A stretch of DNA of 36,218 nt. It comes from Promethearchaeota archaeon (GTDB lineage: Archaea; Asgardarchaeota; Lokiarchaeia; Sigyniarchaeales; SOKP01). The DNA is taken from positions 1-36,218 of the forward strand of contig JABXKD010000036.1 of NCBI GenBank assembly GCA_013375475.1, written 5' to 3'. Shown here piece by piece: positions 9,884 through 18,353 of the stretch (position 1 is the stretch's first letter; each line of letters starts with the position of its first letter). The translations under genes and the position numbers were made by a program. The notes beneath the pieces were generated by a model. The model was not told the origin of the DNA. It saw only the letters and a program-made list of their open reading frames with translations, and made no database searches.

Positions 9884-9973
9884 TTAGTTTATATTTAAAA
9901 CAGAATATAGGTCATCAAAACTTTTTACAAGGATTTGACCGGCTTTATACCCAAAATCAGAATTTGAAAGCAT
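9884..9973 (-). CDS. possible 29-aa upstream small ORF (MLSNSDFGYKAGQILVKSFDDLYSVLNIN)
   Basis: Hand translation: ATG at 9973, TAA at 9886-9884, ending directly at the SD motif of the kinase gene. Confidence 0.25.
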   Translation of the reverse strand: MLSNSDFGYKAGQILVKSFDDLYSVLNIN

Positions 9974-10131
9974 TTTTATCTTAAACCTCGTAAACTTATA
10001 GGATATTAACTTCCTATTTTATATTTTAGTAAAGATTTTTAATAATTATATTCTTTCCTTAAAATTGCTGTGTAAAAATATTAAAGTAAAATTTCTGATC
10101 TTTATAATAATAATAGTAAATTAATGATATA

Positions 10132-10740
10132 ATGGTTGTTATTGAACCTTCTTTTGAGATCGACGAGAAAGGACGAGTCATATGCCAGACTCATTCAAAA
10201 TATCCTCATTTTATTAAACCAGCTATGACTCCTTCAGAGGATCGTCAAATGGAAAAACAATTAACATGCATTTCATGTTCACATTATCTAAATGATGATT
10301 GTTATTTTCCTAAATCTGAGATAGACAAAATCGAATTAGACAGATTAAACCGGTCTCGCTTTCAGTGCAACCTTTGTGGAAATAAAATCGATCTAATGTT
10401 GACTATAATGCAAAAGATTTATTTAGAAGTCAGATTTAACATTGACATGCCCTTAATTTGTTGTGATTGCTATTCAAGCTTAGCAGAAAAAAGATATATT
10501 AAGAATAATAACAATCGAATTATTTTATCAATTTTATTCTATCTACCTATTGTTATTTTTATGATTACTCTATTTCGCCCAACAATTGTAGTCATTTTCA
10601 TATCTTTTTTATTTGGAATCGTTTTAAAAATAATCTTTAAACGGATTGGTAGTCAAAGTCTCTTTATATTCGATCTACTACAAGGAAGAAGATTCTATAA
10701 AAAATATTTTCGAAATAAAGATAAAGTGAACTCACCCTAA
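10132..10740 (+). CDS. Cys-rich (putative metal-binding) protein with two C-terminal transmembrane helices
   Basis: CxxH, CxxCxH..C, CxxC and CCxC motifs, then two hydrophobic helices and a basic tail. Confidence 0.8.
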   Translation: MVVIEPSFEIDEKGRVICQTHSKYPHFIKPAMTPSEDRQMEKQLTCISCSHYLNDDCYFPKSEIDKIELDRLNRSRFQCNLCGNKIDLMLTIMQKIYLEVRFNIDMPLICCDCYSSLAEKRYIKNNNNRIILSILFYLPIVIFMITLFRPTIVVIFISFLFGIVLKIIFKRIGSQSLFIFDLLQGRRFYKKYFRNKDKVNSP

Positions 10741-11841
10741 ATTTCCAGCCCATCCTCTTACTATTTTTCTCATCCTTTCTTGTTTTCTAACAATCAAATC
10801 TAGTTCTTCTTTAGTTTTGTTATTCAAATTCTCTATTTCGGGAATAAATTGATGTTTGATAAAGTAATTTTTAATTTCTTTTGATATTAAATTATTTGGA
10901 ATTTTTTTAGGATTGAGTTTAAAATTATCATAAAGATCCTCCCAAGTTTCAAGAAAAGCATAAATATCATCCTTGTATTCAAAGATAGGTAGGGTTCCTA
11001 AGTTGTTGGTAGTAGTGATTGCGACATTTGCTCTACTGACAGTAAATCGATTGCCGTTGAATGAAACGGCTAGACCATTTTCGTCTTTTAACCTCTGAAG
11101 CATATTTATGTCTGTAATTGAATCACCTAATGCAACAATTTCAGATAATGGGACCTTAGTCTGATTAGAAATAGATTCAACTGCTAATTCCTTTCTTCTT
11201 CCTCCACGTACTTTAATCTGGTTCATAGCTTTAATATAATCAGTATCTTTTCCTTTCCAGAAAAAATCGTTTAAATCATTTATAACTTCGTCTAAATGTT
11301 TACCGCTGTCGACAAATTGCTGGTAAATACCCTTTACCAGTAAATCTACATCACATTTAATGCTATGAAAAACCTCATTAGAACTTTTTATGTTCAGCTC
11401 GGTGCAAAACACATGATCAGTAGGAATTTTTAACGCTTTTGCTATAGTGTAGGAAAAGTGAGAATAACTTGTAGAGATGATATAGATATCCCAATCTCTA
11501 TGGAGTCTTTTCATAAGATCTATACATCCAGGTAATAGTCCTAAATTTTGCTTGGCTAACATTATTAATTCTTCGTCAGAAAACGAAGATATATATAATG
11601 GCGCTACTAACCTAAGCGTATCTCCTGGTTGGTAATCGGAGATATTTAATTCTTCTTTCACTCCTGGGACTTCAATCAGGTAATCATCGTACTCTGATAA
11701 CATCTTATAAAATATCTCCATATCGTACCTTTGTAATCCAAATTTAGTTTTGCTGCTTAATAATTTGCTTATTTCCGCTGCAAAATCTAAAATACTTATA
11801 GGTCCCTCTAAATCAAAGCAACATACTTTTCTGACTTTCAA
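10732..11841 (-). CDS. HAD-superfamily hydrolase (COG4030/EhaR-like)
   Basis: Motif I FDLEGP, motif II IISTS, motif III Lys (GGRRK), motif IV GDSITD followed by SFNGN. Confidence 0.85.
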   Translation of the reverse strand: MKVRKVCCFDLEGPISILDFAAEISKLLSSKTKFGLQRYDMEIFYKMLSEYDDYLIEVPGVKEELNISDYQPGDTLRLVAPLYISSFSDEELIMLAKQNLGLLPGCIDLMKRLHRDWDIYIISTSYSHFSYTIAKALKIPTDHVFCTELNIKSSNEVFHSIKCDVDLLVKGIYQQFVDSGKHLDEVINDLNDFFWKGKDTDYIKAMNQIKVRGGRRKELAVESISNQTKVPLSEIVALGDSITDINMLQRLKDENGLAVSFNGNRFTVSRANVAITTTNNLGTLPIFEYKDDIYAFLETWEDLYDNFKLNPKKIPNNLISKEIKNYFIKHQFIPEIENLNNKTKEELDLIVRKQERMRKIVRGWAGNLG

Positions 11842-11964
11842 ATTCTAACACTTTTGATTTTTATGTAGATTCAGATGAATGATTCTTGATTGTTTTTAAT
11901 TTTAATTAATATCACATTGATTTGATTAAAAGAATAAGGAATAGCTGTTTTGGATAACAAATAG

Positions 11965-12456
11965 TTATATTGGTGTTTTAAAAATATCCTGAATTGATTT
12001 TTGTTTTCTCTCTTTCTCGATGATTTGACGCCAGTTTGGTTTGATTACATCAAACGCTTTTTCAGCTAGTTGTAACAACTTTTCGTCAGGGGAATTTAGA
12101 AAATAACTTATGGATTCTAAAGCTCTTCTATCTTTTATTCTAGTTAAACTTTCAATAATGAATATAACTCTTAATTTGTTTATCTCAATTTCTGGTTTCT
12201 TTATTTCTTCTTCTAATTTTTCTGTAATTCTAAGTGTCGCCCTCCCATCCTCTATTCGTCCTAACGCTTCTATTATTCTATTTATTACAATGGGATCATC
12301 CTCAGATTTTAATGCGCGACATAATAAGTTTACGGCTCGACCATCTTGAAGAAAACCAAGTTGTCTAGCTGCTTCTGCCCTTTTATCTGATTCTTTATCG
12401 TGAAATATCTGTTTTATTAATAGGTTAAAATTTGTGTTTTTAGCTTGCCAATTCAT
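11965..12456 (-). CDS. HEAT (PBS-lyase-like) repeat protein
   Basis: Repeated AARQLGFLQDGRAV / IIEALGRIEDGRAT / IIESLTRIKDRRAL units. Confidence 0.85.
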   Translation of the reverse strand: MNWQAKNTNFNLLIKQIFHDKESDKRAEAARQLGFLQDGRAVNLLCRALKSEDDPIVINRIIEALGRIEDGRATLRITEKLEEEIKKPEIEINKLRVIFIIESLTRIKDRRALESISYFLNSPDEKLLQLAEKAFDVIKPNWRQIIEKERKQKSIQDIFKTPI

Positions 12457-12552
12457 AATCTAAGTAGATTTAAAATTGAAATTATTATAATTTGATCTTT
12501 ATAAAATATAATTCGAGAGCTAGTAAGATCCAATTAATAGTCGAATTAGATC

Positions 12553-13875
12553 CTATTTTAAGAGATATTTCATGTGATCGATTCTTTTTTGGAGTAACTT
12601 TCGTGTTCCAATATCTTTTCTATAAAATAATCTACCACTAATGCATCCAATTCCTTGTTCAGCTACTTTCTCAGCACTTTCTAGATCGTCAGCGATCCCT
12701 ACTATCCCCATAGCTCTTGACGAGGTAGTATAAACATTTTCGCCTTCCCGATATACAGATGCGTAATAATACTTAGCTCCAATTTGCTCCAGTTTGTCTT
12801 TATTAATTACAACTAATTCGTCCTTTATTGGAGAAGTAGGGTATCCTTCGGGGGCCAAATATTTGCAAACGGTAGCTTTTTTTTCAAATAAAATATCTGG
12901 CTTTAAATTTCCGTTAATAATCCCCATACAAATATCAATGAAATTAGTTTTTAATAAGGGTAAAACGTTCATCGCTTCAGGATCTCCAAGCCTTGCGTTA
13001 AATTCTATTAATTTTATGCCATTTGCGGTTTTAATATATCCCCCGTAAAGAAATCCTTTATATTCAACCCCCGTCTCTGCTTTAGTAGCAGCAACAACTT
13101 TCTTCATGTCTTCAACTGCTTCGTTTACATCTTCTTGTGAAATAAAGGGCATAAGGTGATCTTCCATTGAATAACTCCCCATACCTCCTGTATTTGGTCC
13201 AGTATCGTCCTCATAAGCTCTTTTATGATCTTGAACGAGTGGAGTAGCAATTACATTCTTACCATCGACGAAAGTTTGGAGAGTAAATTCTTCTCCCTCA
13301 ACTTTCTCTTCGAGAAGAAACGAAGCTTTTTGATCAACTAAATCTCGGCAATAAGACAGTATATCTTGCTTAGAAAATAGATGATCTCCATAGACCTTTA
13401 CACCCTTTCCCCCTGTGAGACCGTCTGGTTTAACTACTATATTTTCTTCCCCTAAGTCCTTAATGTAACTTTCCACATCTTGCATAGAACTGAAGCTCTT
13501 ACTATTGATATTTGAGGATATTTTATATTTTTCCAGAAGGGATCTAGTAAATATTTTTGAACCCTCTAATTGGGCTACTTCAATTCTTGGACCTACGCAC
13601 GAAATTCCATTTCTTTCTAATGCATCAACTATTCCAACGACTAAAGGTGCTTCTGGGCCAATTACAGCGAAATCAATCTTATTTTCTTTCGAAAACTCTA
13701 TGATTTCCTTAAAATCTGTTTCGGAATGAATCTTTACATTCCCCTTACTTAAATCCTCTAATCCCGCATTTTTAGAACTCATGAACGCGTATAATTCGGC
13801 TCCATCTCTAACCAATGTCTCTCCTATCACATGTTCTCTAGCACCATGTCCAATTATAATAGTCTTGACTGTCAA
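12553..13875 (-). CDS. purD: phosphoribosylamine--glycine ligase
   Basis: G.GAREH, IGPEAPL, LEGSK, VVKPDGLTGGKGV, QDHKRAYE.DTGPNTGGMG, EFNARLGDPE, YRKDIG. Confidence 0.97.
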   Translation of the reverse strand: MTVKTIIIGHGAREHVIGETLVRDGAELYAFMSSKNAGLEDLSKGNVKIHSETDFKEIIEFSKENKIDFAVIGPEAPLVVGIVDALERNGISCVGPRIEVAQLEGSKIFTRSLLEKYKISSNINSKSFSSMQDVESYIKDLGEENIVVKPDGLTGGKGVKVYGDHLFSKQDILSYCRDLVDQKASFLLEEKVEGEEFTLQTFVDGKNVIATPLVQDHKRAYEDDTGPNTGGMGSYSMEDHLMPFISQEDVNEAVEDMKKVVAATKAETGVEYKGFLYGGYIKTANGIKLIEFNARLGDPEAMNVLPLLKTNFIDICMGIINGNLKPDILFEKKATVCKYLAPEGYPTSPIKDELVVINKDKLEQIGAKYYYASVYREGENVYTTSSRAMGIVGIADDLESAEKVAEQGIGCISGRLFYRKDIGTRKLLQKRIDHMKYLLK

Positions 13876-14093
13876 ATTTTAAACTCTCCAAAAAATGAAT
13901 TTCTTATGAGTATTATGATTATATAATTGAATTTAAATTGTATTACATCAAATTTAAAGTAATTATTAATCAAAGATTATAAAGTCTAACAAAATTAAAA
14001 CTCCCTTAAGATTTATAGATTTTAAGTTTTCATTCAAAATGTTAATATAGTAATTATCTTAAATAAAATTAAAATTAGCATAATACTAACTTG

Positions 14094-14369
14094 ATGGAAC
14101 CTAAGAACATTTTTACTTTAAAGAACGAAAATCTAAGGTGTGCTGCGATGCCTTTAGGGGGTATAGGAACAGGTACCATTGCAATTGGGGGCGATGGACT
14201 TCTAAAGCAATGACAAATCACTAATACAGTAAATCATCGCGCTTTCGTGCCTAACAGTTTTTTTGCTGTAAGAACTACCTCTTTAAGCAACTTGAGCGAA
14301 AAACCAATATCGCGAGCACTTATATGTACAAAACCACATGAGGAGCCCAATTTTTGTTTTTCAAAATAA
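14094..14369 (+). pseudogene. truncated GH116 (non-lysosomal glucosylceramidase-like) N-terminal fragment with internal TGA
   Basis: Hand translation: MEPKNIFTLKNENLRCAAMPLGGIGTGTIAIGGDGLLKQ*QITNTVNHRAFVPNSFFAVR...; MPLGGIGxG..G....WQI is the GH116 N-terminal signature. TGA at 14211-14213 replaces the Trp; the frame ends at TAA 14369. Confidence 0.75.
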
Positions 14370-14378
14370 CCGGTTAAG

Positions 14379-14903
14379 TTATTCAAGAAGCTTTTGCTTA
14401 AACACTTCTATAGTATCAGAAATTTCGTTTAAACGTAGTGAAAATTCTTTTGGTTTTAATTTCTTCAATTTTTCAAAATCGTTTATAATCTCTTTAAACT
14501 CATTGATCCAGATCTTCATTAAAATCTCGCTTTCTTTTCCTTCAATGTGCTTTTTAATAACCTTAGCAATAGAAGAATCAATTTTATCCATGAGCTTCTT
14601 CTCGTTAATCGTATAGGAAATTCTTAAGACATCCTGTTCTGTTTTTAGCTTTTCCATATCTTCTTTCATGGAAGTTTTGTGTTTTAAAAGTTCTTCGTTA
14701 AACTTGTTTATCATATCCACTATAATTTCTTCTTGGGTTTTAATCGTCTGCTCGATCCTTTCTTGGCTATATAAAATATCACTTTTGATTGATCTTATCT
14801 CTTCTTTTATAAAATGGATATCATTTTCTGTGTTTTTTACTTGATTAATTAAATTTTGAAAATCTTTGAGTGTTATTTCTTCAATTTTTTCTTTTTTAGG
14901 AAT
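14379..14903 (-). CDS. coiled-coil protein (about 174 aa, probable ATT start; track gives only 14379..14720)
   Basis: Frame stays open 61 codons upstream of the track's GTG with the same heptad-like composition (IPKKEKIEEITLKDFQNLINQVKNTENDIHFIKEEIRSIK...); GAAGGTG lies 7 nt before ATT at 14903. Confidence 0.7.
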   Translation of the reverse strand: MPKKEKIEEITLKDFQNLINQVKNTENDIHFIKEEIRSIKSDILYSQERIEQTIKTQEEIIVDMINKFNEELLKHKTSMKEDMEKLKTEQDVLRISYTINEKKLMDKIDSSIAKVIKKHIEGKESEILMKIWINEFKEIINDFEKLKKLKPKEFSLRLNEISDTIEVFKQKLLE

Positions 14904-14937
14904 TATATAGCACCTTCATATAGAGTTTAAAAATTGA

Positions 14938-15909
14938 TTATGATTGTTGTTTGTTTGAGTCTAATTCTAAAATCGAATCTAATTTTAATTCAAAATCCTT
15001 TTTTAAATTTGCCAAGTCTTCTAGGGATTTATCAATGTTATTGATTAGAGAATCGATTGGAGCTTTTTTTAAATTTGTTATAAGATCAGATATAATTGAG
15101 AAATTATTTTTGAACGCATCTATAATGTTTTCTTTAATTAAACTCTTGTTGACATCAAACTCTTGAGCTTTTGTGAGATCCTTAATTTCCCTTAGTGGGA
15201 ATTCTTTGATTTCAGCTAATTTAACATTTTTTTTAATAATAGTTGGAGTAATTTTATTATGAAGGGTATTAGGATCGATTTCTTCTAAATTTATGACTAA
15301 GTAATCTAAATCCCCTTCATTTTTATTAATAGATTCTAAAAATTTCTTGGAAATTCCCGTGAATTCTTTTTGGTTGCTCTTTTTCTCGATTTTTTTCAAG
15401 AAATTGAAAATAACAAGAGTAAACGCCTCAGAAATATTATCCTGGGTTTTCGCTGATATAAAAATAATAGGAAAACCTTCGATCTGATATTGACGAATAT
15501 TATTTAAAAGAATTTCTGAATCTTCTGGTTTTATTAAATCAGATTTATTTCCTATTAAATAAGTTATACATTCTGGAGAGTGTTGAGATAAATTTTTCAT
15601 ATATGTTTGAATTAATTCTTGTAATGTTTCTTTAGGATTATCTAAGTCGAAAATTAACAAAGCTGAATCTAAATTACTAAAGAATACCGGGTTTAGGGGA
15701 TTAAAACTTCTTTGTCCCCCAATATCCCAAATATTTAATCTAATATGGTTAGATGATAAGTTATACTCCTTTCTGGCGATATTACTCCCAATTGTGGGAA
15801 TGTACATAGCGGGAAAGTCTTTTCCTATAAATGTATTTACAATCGAAGTTTTACCAACTCCCCATTGACCTAGTATAGCCAATTTAATATTGATTTCTGA
15901 GACAATCAT
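14938..15909 (-). CDS. Rab-like small GTPase with long C-terminal helical/coiled-coil extension
   Basis: G1 GQWGVGKT, G2 PTIG, G3 WDIGGQ, G4 NKSD, G5 SAK; about 150 aa helical tail; no CAAX/CC motif. Confidence 0.9.
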   Translation of the reverse strand: MIVSEINIKLAILGQWGVGKTSIVNTFIGKDFPAMYIPTIGSNIARKEYNLSSNHIRLNIWDIGGQRSFNPLNPVFFSNLDSALLIFDLDNPKETLQELIQTYMKNLSQHSPECITYLIGNKSDLIKPEDSEILLNNIRQYQIEGFPIIFISAKTQDNISEAFTLVIFNFLKKIEKKSNQKEFTGISKKFLESINKNEGDLDYLVINLEEIDPNTLHNKITPTIIKKNVKLAEIKEFPLREIKDLTKAQEFDVNKSLIKENIIDAFKNNFSIISDLITNLKKAPIDSLINNIDKSLEDLANLKKDFELKLDSILELDSNKQQS

Positions 15910-16030
15910 ACATGTTCATTTGAGAGAAAATGAATTAATTTAATAACGTATTAAATGTTTATTAAAACTCTTTCTATATAAATATGCTTTGTATAATATC
16001 AGAATCAATAATGAACCAATTTTAGGTAAG

Positions 16031-16630
16031 TCATTCATTAGGAGACTTATCTTCTTTTTTTGCTGAGAAATTCTTAAAAGCATACACGATCCTTTGAACT
16101 ACTGTAATATTTGTCCCAATTGCTAGCAAAATCATTGTCCACCATATAGCCAAAGGGAACCATATTTGTAAAATCGATCCGATCAAAATAATCGGGACTC
16201 TATCTGTTCTCTCCAGTAAACCAACTCCATACAAATTTGGGATTCCTAAACTCTCGATTTTAGCTCTAGTATATGATGTCAGAAATGCGCCAGCAAGTGT
16301 TATCAAACCTATATATATTTCAGTATATCCCCCGAGGATAATCCCAAAAAAAATAAGATAATCTCCAATTCTATCTAATGTAGAATCCAGAAACGATCCT
16401 AGTTTAGTCGGTCCTTGAAGACGAGCTATAACACCATCTAATTGATCAAAAAACTCTATTAACGCTAAACTAATTATGATTAAAGGTAAATTATGGAAAA
16501 TTAAGAATAAAAATGCTAATCCTGCGGAAAATAAACCCAAAGCCGTTATTATATTTGCAGGTATTCTTTTTAACTTCTTACCTAAAGGAAGAAGTAGTTT
16601 TTCTGAATATTTTTTGACTCCTAATAACAT
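16031..16630 (-). CDS. CDP-alcohol phosphatidyltransferase (archaetidylinositol-phosphate synthase-like)
   Basis: DQLDGVIAR...GSFLDSTLDRIGD signature; SYTRAK.E and GLLERTDR; hydrophobic. Confidence 0.92.
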   Translation of the reverse strand: MLLGVKKYSEKLLLPLGKKLKRIPANIITALGLFSAGLAFLFLIFHNLPLIIISLALIEFFDQLDGVIARLQGPTKLGSFLDSTLDRIGDYLIFFGIILGGYTEIYIGLITLAGAFLTSYTRAKIESLGIPNLYGVGLLERTDRVPIILIGSILQIWFPLAIWWTMILLAIGTNITVVQRIVYAFKNFSAKKEDKSPNE

Positions 16631-16730
16631 TATATTCTTCCATACTTGGATTGTTCATGGGTTTGTTTTCTAAATATAAGACTCGTAGTAATTTATAATT
16701 ATTCCAAATAATAAAAAAAAAAAGAAAAGA

Positions 16731-18236
16731 TTATACATTATAAATTGGATAGAATTTCTTCTCTAAATACTCAATAAAATAGTTTGGATTTAATTCTTCT
16801 CCGGTTACTCTTTTTACTAAATCTCTCGCGTGATATATTCTGCCATATTGATGAATATTATCTCTTAAAAACGCTAGCAAGTTAGAAAAGTTTCCATCTT
16901 CATAATCATTAGGTAATGAAGGATACTGTTTAAGGGCGGTGTTATAAAACTGAGCTCCATATAGATTTCCCAAGAAATACGTAGGAAAGTAACCAAAAGA
17001 TCCCCTAGACCAATGGACATCTTGCAAAACACCATCAGAATTAGTAGGAGGCGTTATTCCTAGTAAATTTTCCATCTGTTCATTCCACAGCTCTGGTAAT
17101 TCGCTAACTCGAACATTACCTTCTATGATGTCTTTTTCTAATTCAAATCTGAGAATAATATGCATTCCGTAAGTAACTTCATCAGCTTCAACACGAATCA
17201 ATGAAGGTTGCACTGTGTTAACGCTTCGATAGAAATCATTAATACTTTTATCTTTTAAATTGTTTGGAAAACTATTTTTAAGTATAGGATACCAATATTT
17301 CCAAAATTCCATACTCCGTCCAACCATATTTTCCCATATGCGCGATTGGGATTCGTGAATTCCCATCGAGACCCCATCTGCTAAAACTGAATCGTGAATC
17401 GATTCCATAAATCCCATCTCGTATAAAGCATGTCCACATTCGTGAATCGAGCCAAAAATGCATGGTGAAAAGAAATCTTCGTCGATGCGAGTTGTAAATC
17501 TAGTATCTGATGAAGATAATGATGTAGTAAACGGATGTACAGATTTGTCTTGACGTCCTTTGTTAAGATCGTAATTCAGCCCTTTAATAACCTCCATGCT
17601 AAAATCCCATTGTTTATCAACATTCCATTTTTGTGTAAGAATTGAAAAATCCGGTTTATCGCTCGAAACATTCAATTTTTTTATAATATGGTTGAGATTT
17701 TGCTTAGATTTGTTAAAAATATTGGCAATCCAATCATATGTTGCTCCAGGCTCGTAAAGATCGATGAGAGTCGAGTATGGATCGGGGTGAGTATCTAATT
17801 TCTCCGCAACCTGAATTTTGAGCCCGATCAATTTTTCTAACAGGGGTTGAAAAATAGAAAAATCATTTTTTTCCCTTGCTTCTACCCATTTTATATATCC
17901 ATGGGAGGAGGTCTTCGATATTTCTTCAACTAACTCGGTAGGTAATTTAACCTCTAGCTCGTATTCCCTTTTTGCTTCGCGTAAAGTGGCACTATCAATT
18001 AAATTCAAATCTGTTAACTTTTCAGCTTCTTTTATTAATTTTCCAATTTTATCGGAAATTAGTCGTTCGTGGACTATTTTACTCATCAGCGCGTTTTGTT
18101 CAGCTCTCGCTCCAAACGACCCTTTAGGTAAATTAACCTGTTCATCCCATCCAAGTAATGCCCTAATATAATTAAGGCGAGTTATTTCACTAAATTCCTT
18201 CTTTAATTCTTCTATAGCATTCATATTTCTATACAA
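16731..18236 (-). CDS. carboxypeptidase, M32 family (Taq-like)
   Basis: LLGWD, HPF, HECGHALYE (HEXXH), GIHESQS, IRVEADE, QDVHW, FGYFPTY.LG. True start may be ATG at 18224. Confidence 0.95.
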   Translation of the reverse strand: MYRNMNAIEELKKEFSEITRLNYIRALLGWDEQVNLPKGSFGARAEQNALMSKIVHERLISDKIGKLIKEAEKLTDLNLIDSATLREAKREYELEVKLPTELVEEISKTSSHGYIKWVEAREKNDFSIFQPLLEKLIGLKIQVAEKLDTHPDPYSTLIDLYEPGATYDWIANIFNKSKQNLNHIIKKLNVSSDKPDFSILTQKWNVDKQWDFSMEVIKGLNYDLNKGRQDKSVHPFTTSLSSSDTRFTTRIDEDFFSPCIFGSIHECGHALYEMGFMESIHDSVLADGVSMGIHESQSRIWENMVGRSMEFWKYWYPILKNSFPNNLKDKSINDFYRSVNTVQPSLIRVEADEVTYGMHIILRFELEKDIIEGNVRVSELPELWNEQMENLLGITPPTNSDGVLQDVHWSRGSFGYFPTYFLGNLYGAQFYNTALKQYPSLPNDYEDGNFSNLLAFLRDNIHQYGRIYHARDLVKRVTGEELNPNYFIEYLEKKFYPIYNV

Positions 18237-18353
18237 TTGATTATTTTTTCTTTTACATTTAGTATAAACGATTTTAATATAGATAAATAAATAAGATTTG
18301 CTTTTGTAAAGAAAAACTCTCTTTAAATAGAATCAAAAAAAAGAAATGAAAAT

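Noticed and set aside
14211-14213. In-frame TGA as selenocysteine or recoded Trp
   Set aside because: It aligns to Trp rather than Cys, the gene is truncated anyway, I saw no SECIS, and TGA serves as a normal stop elsewhere (e.g. the actin gene).
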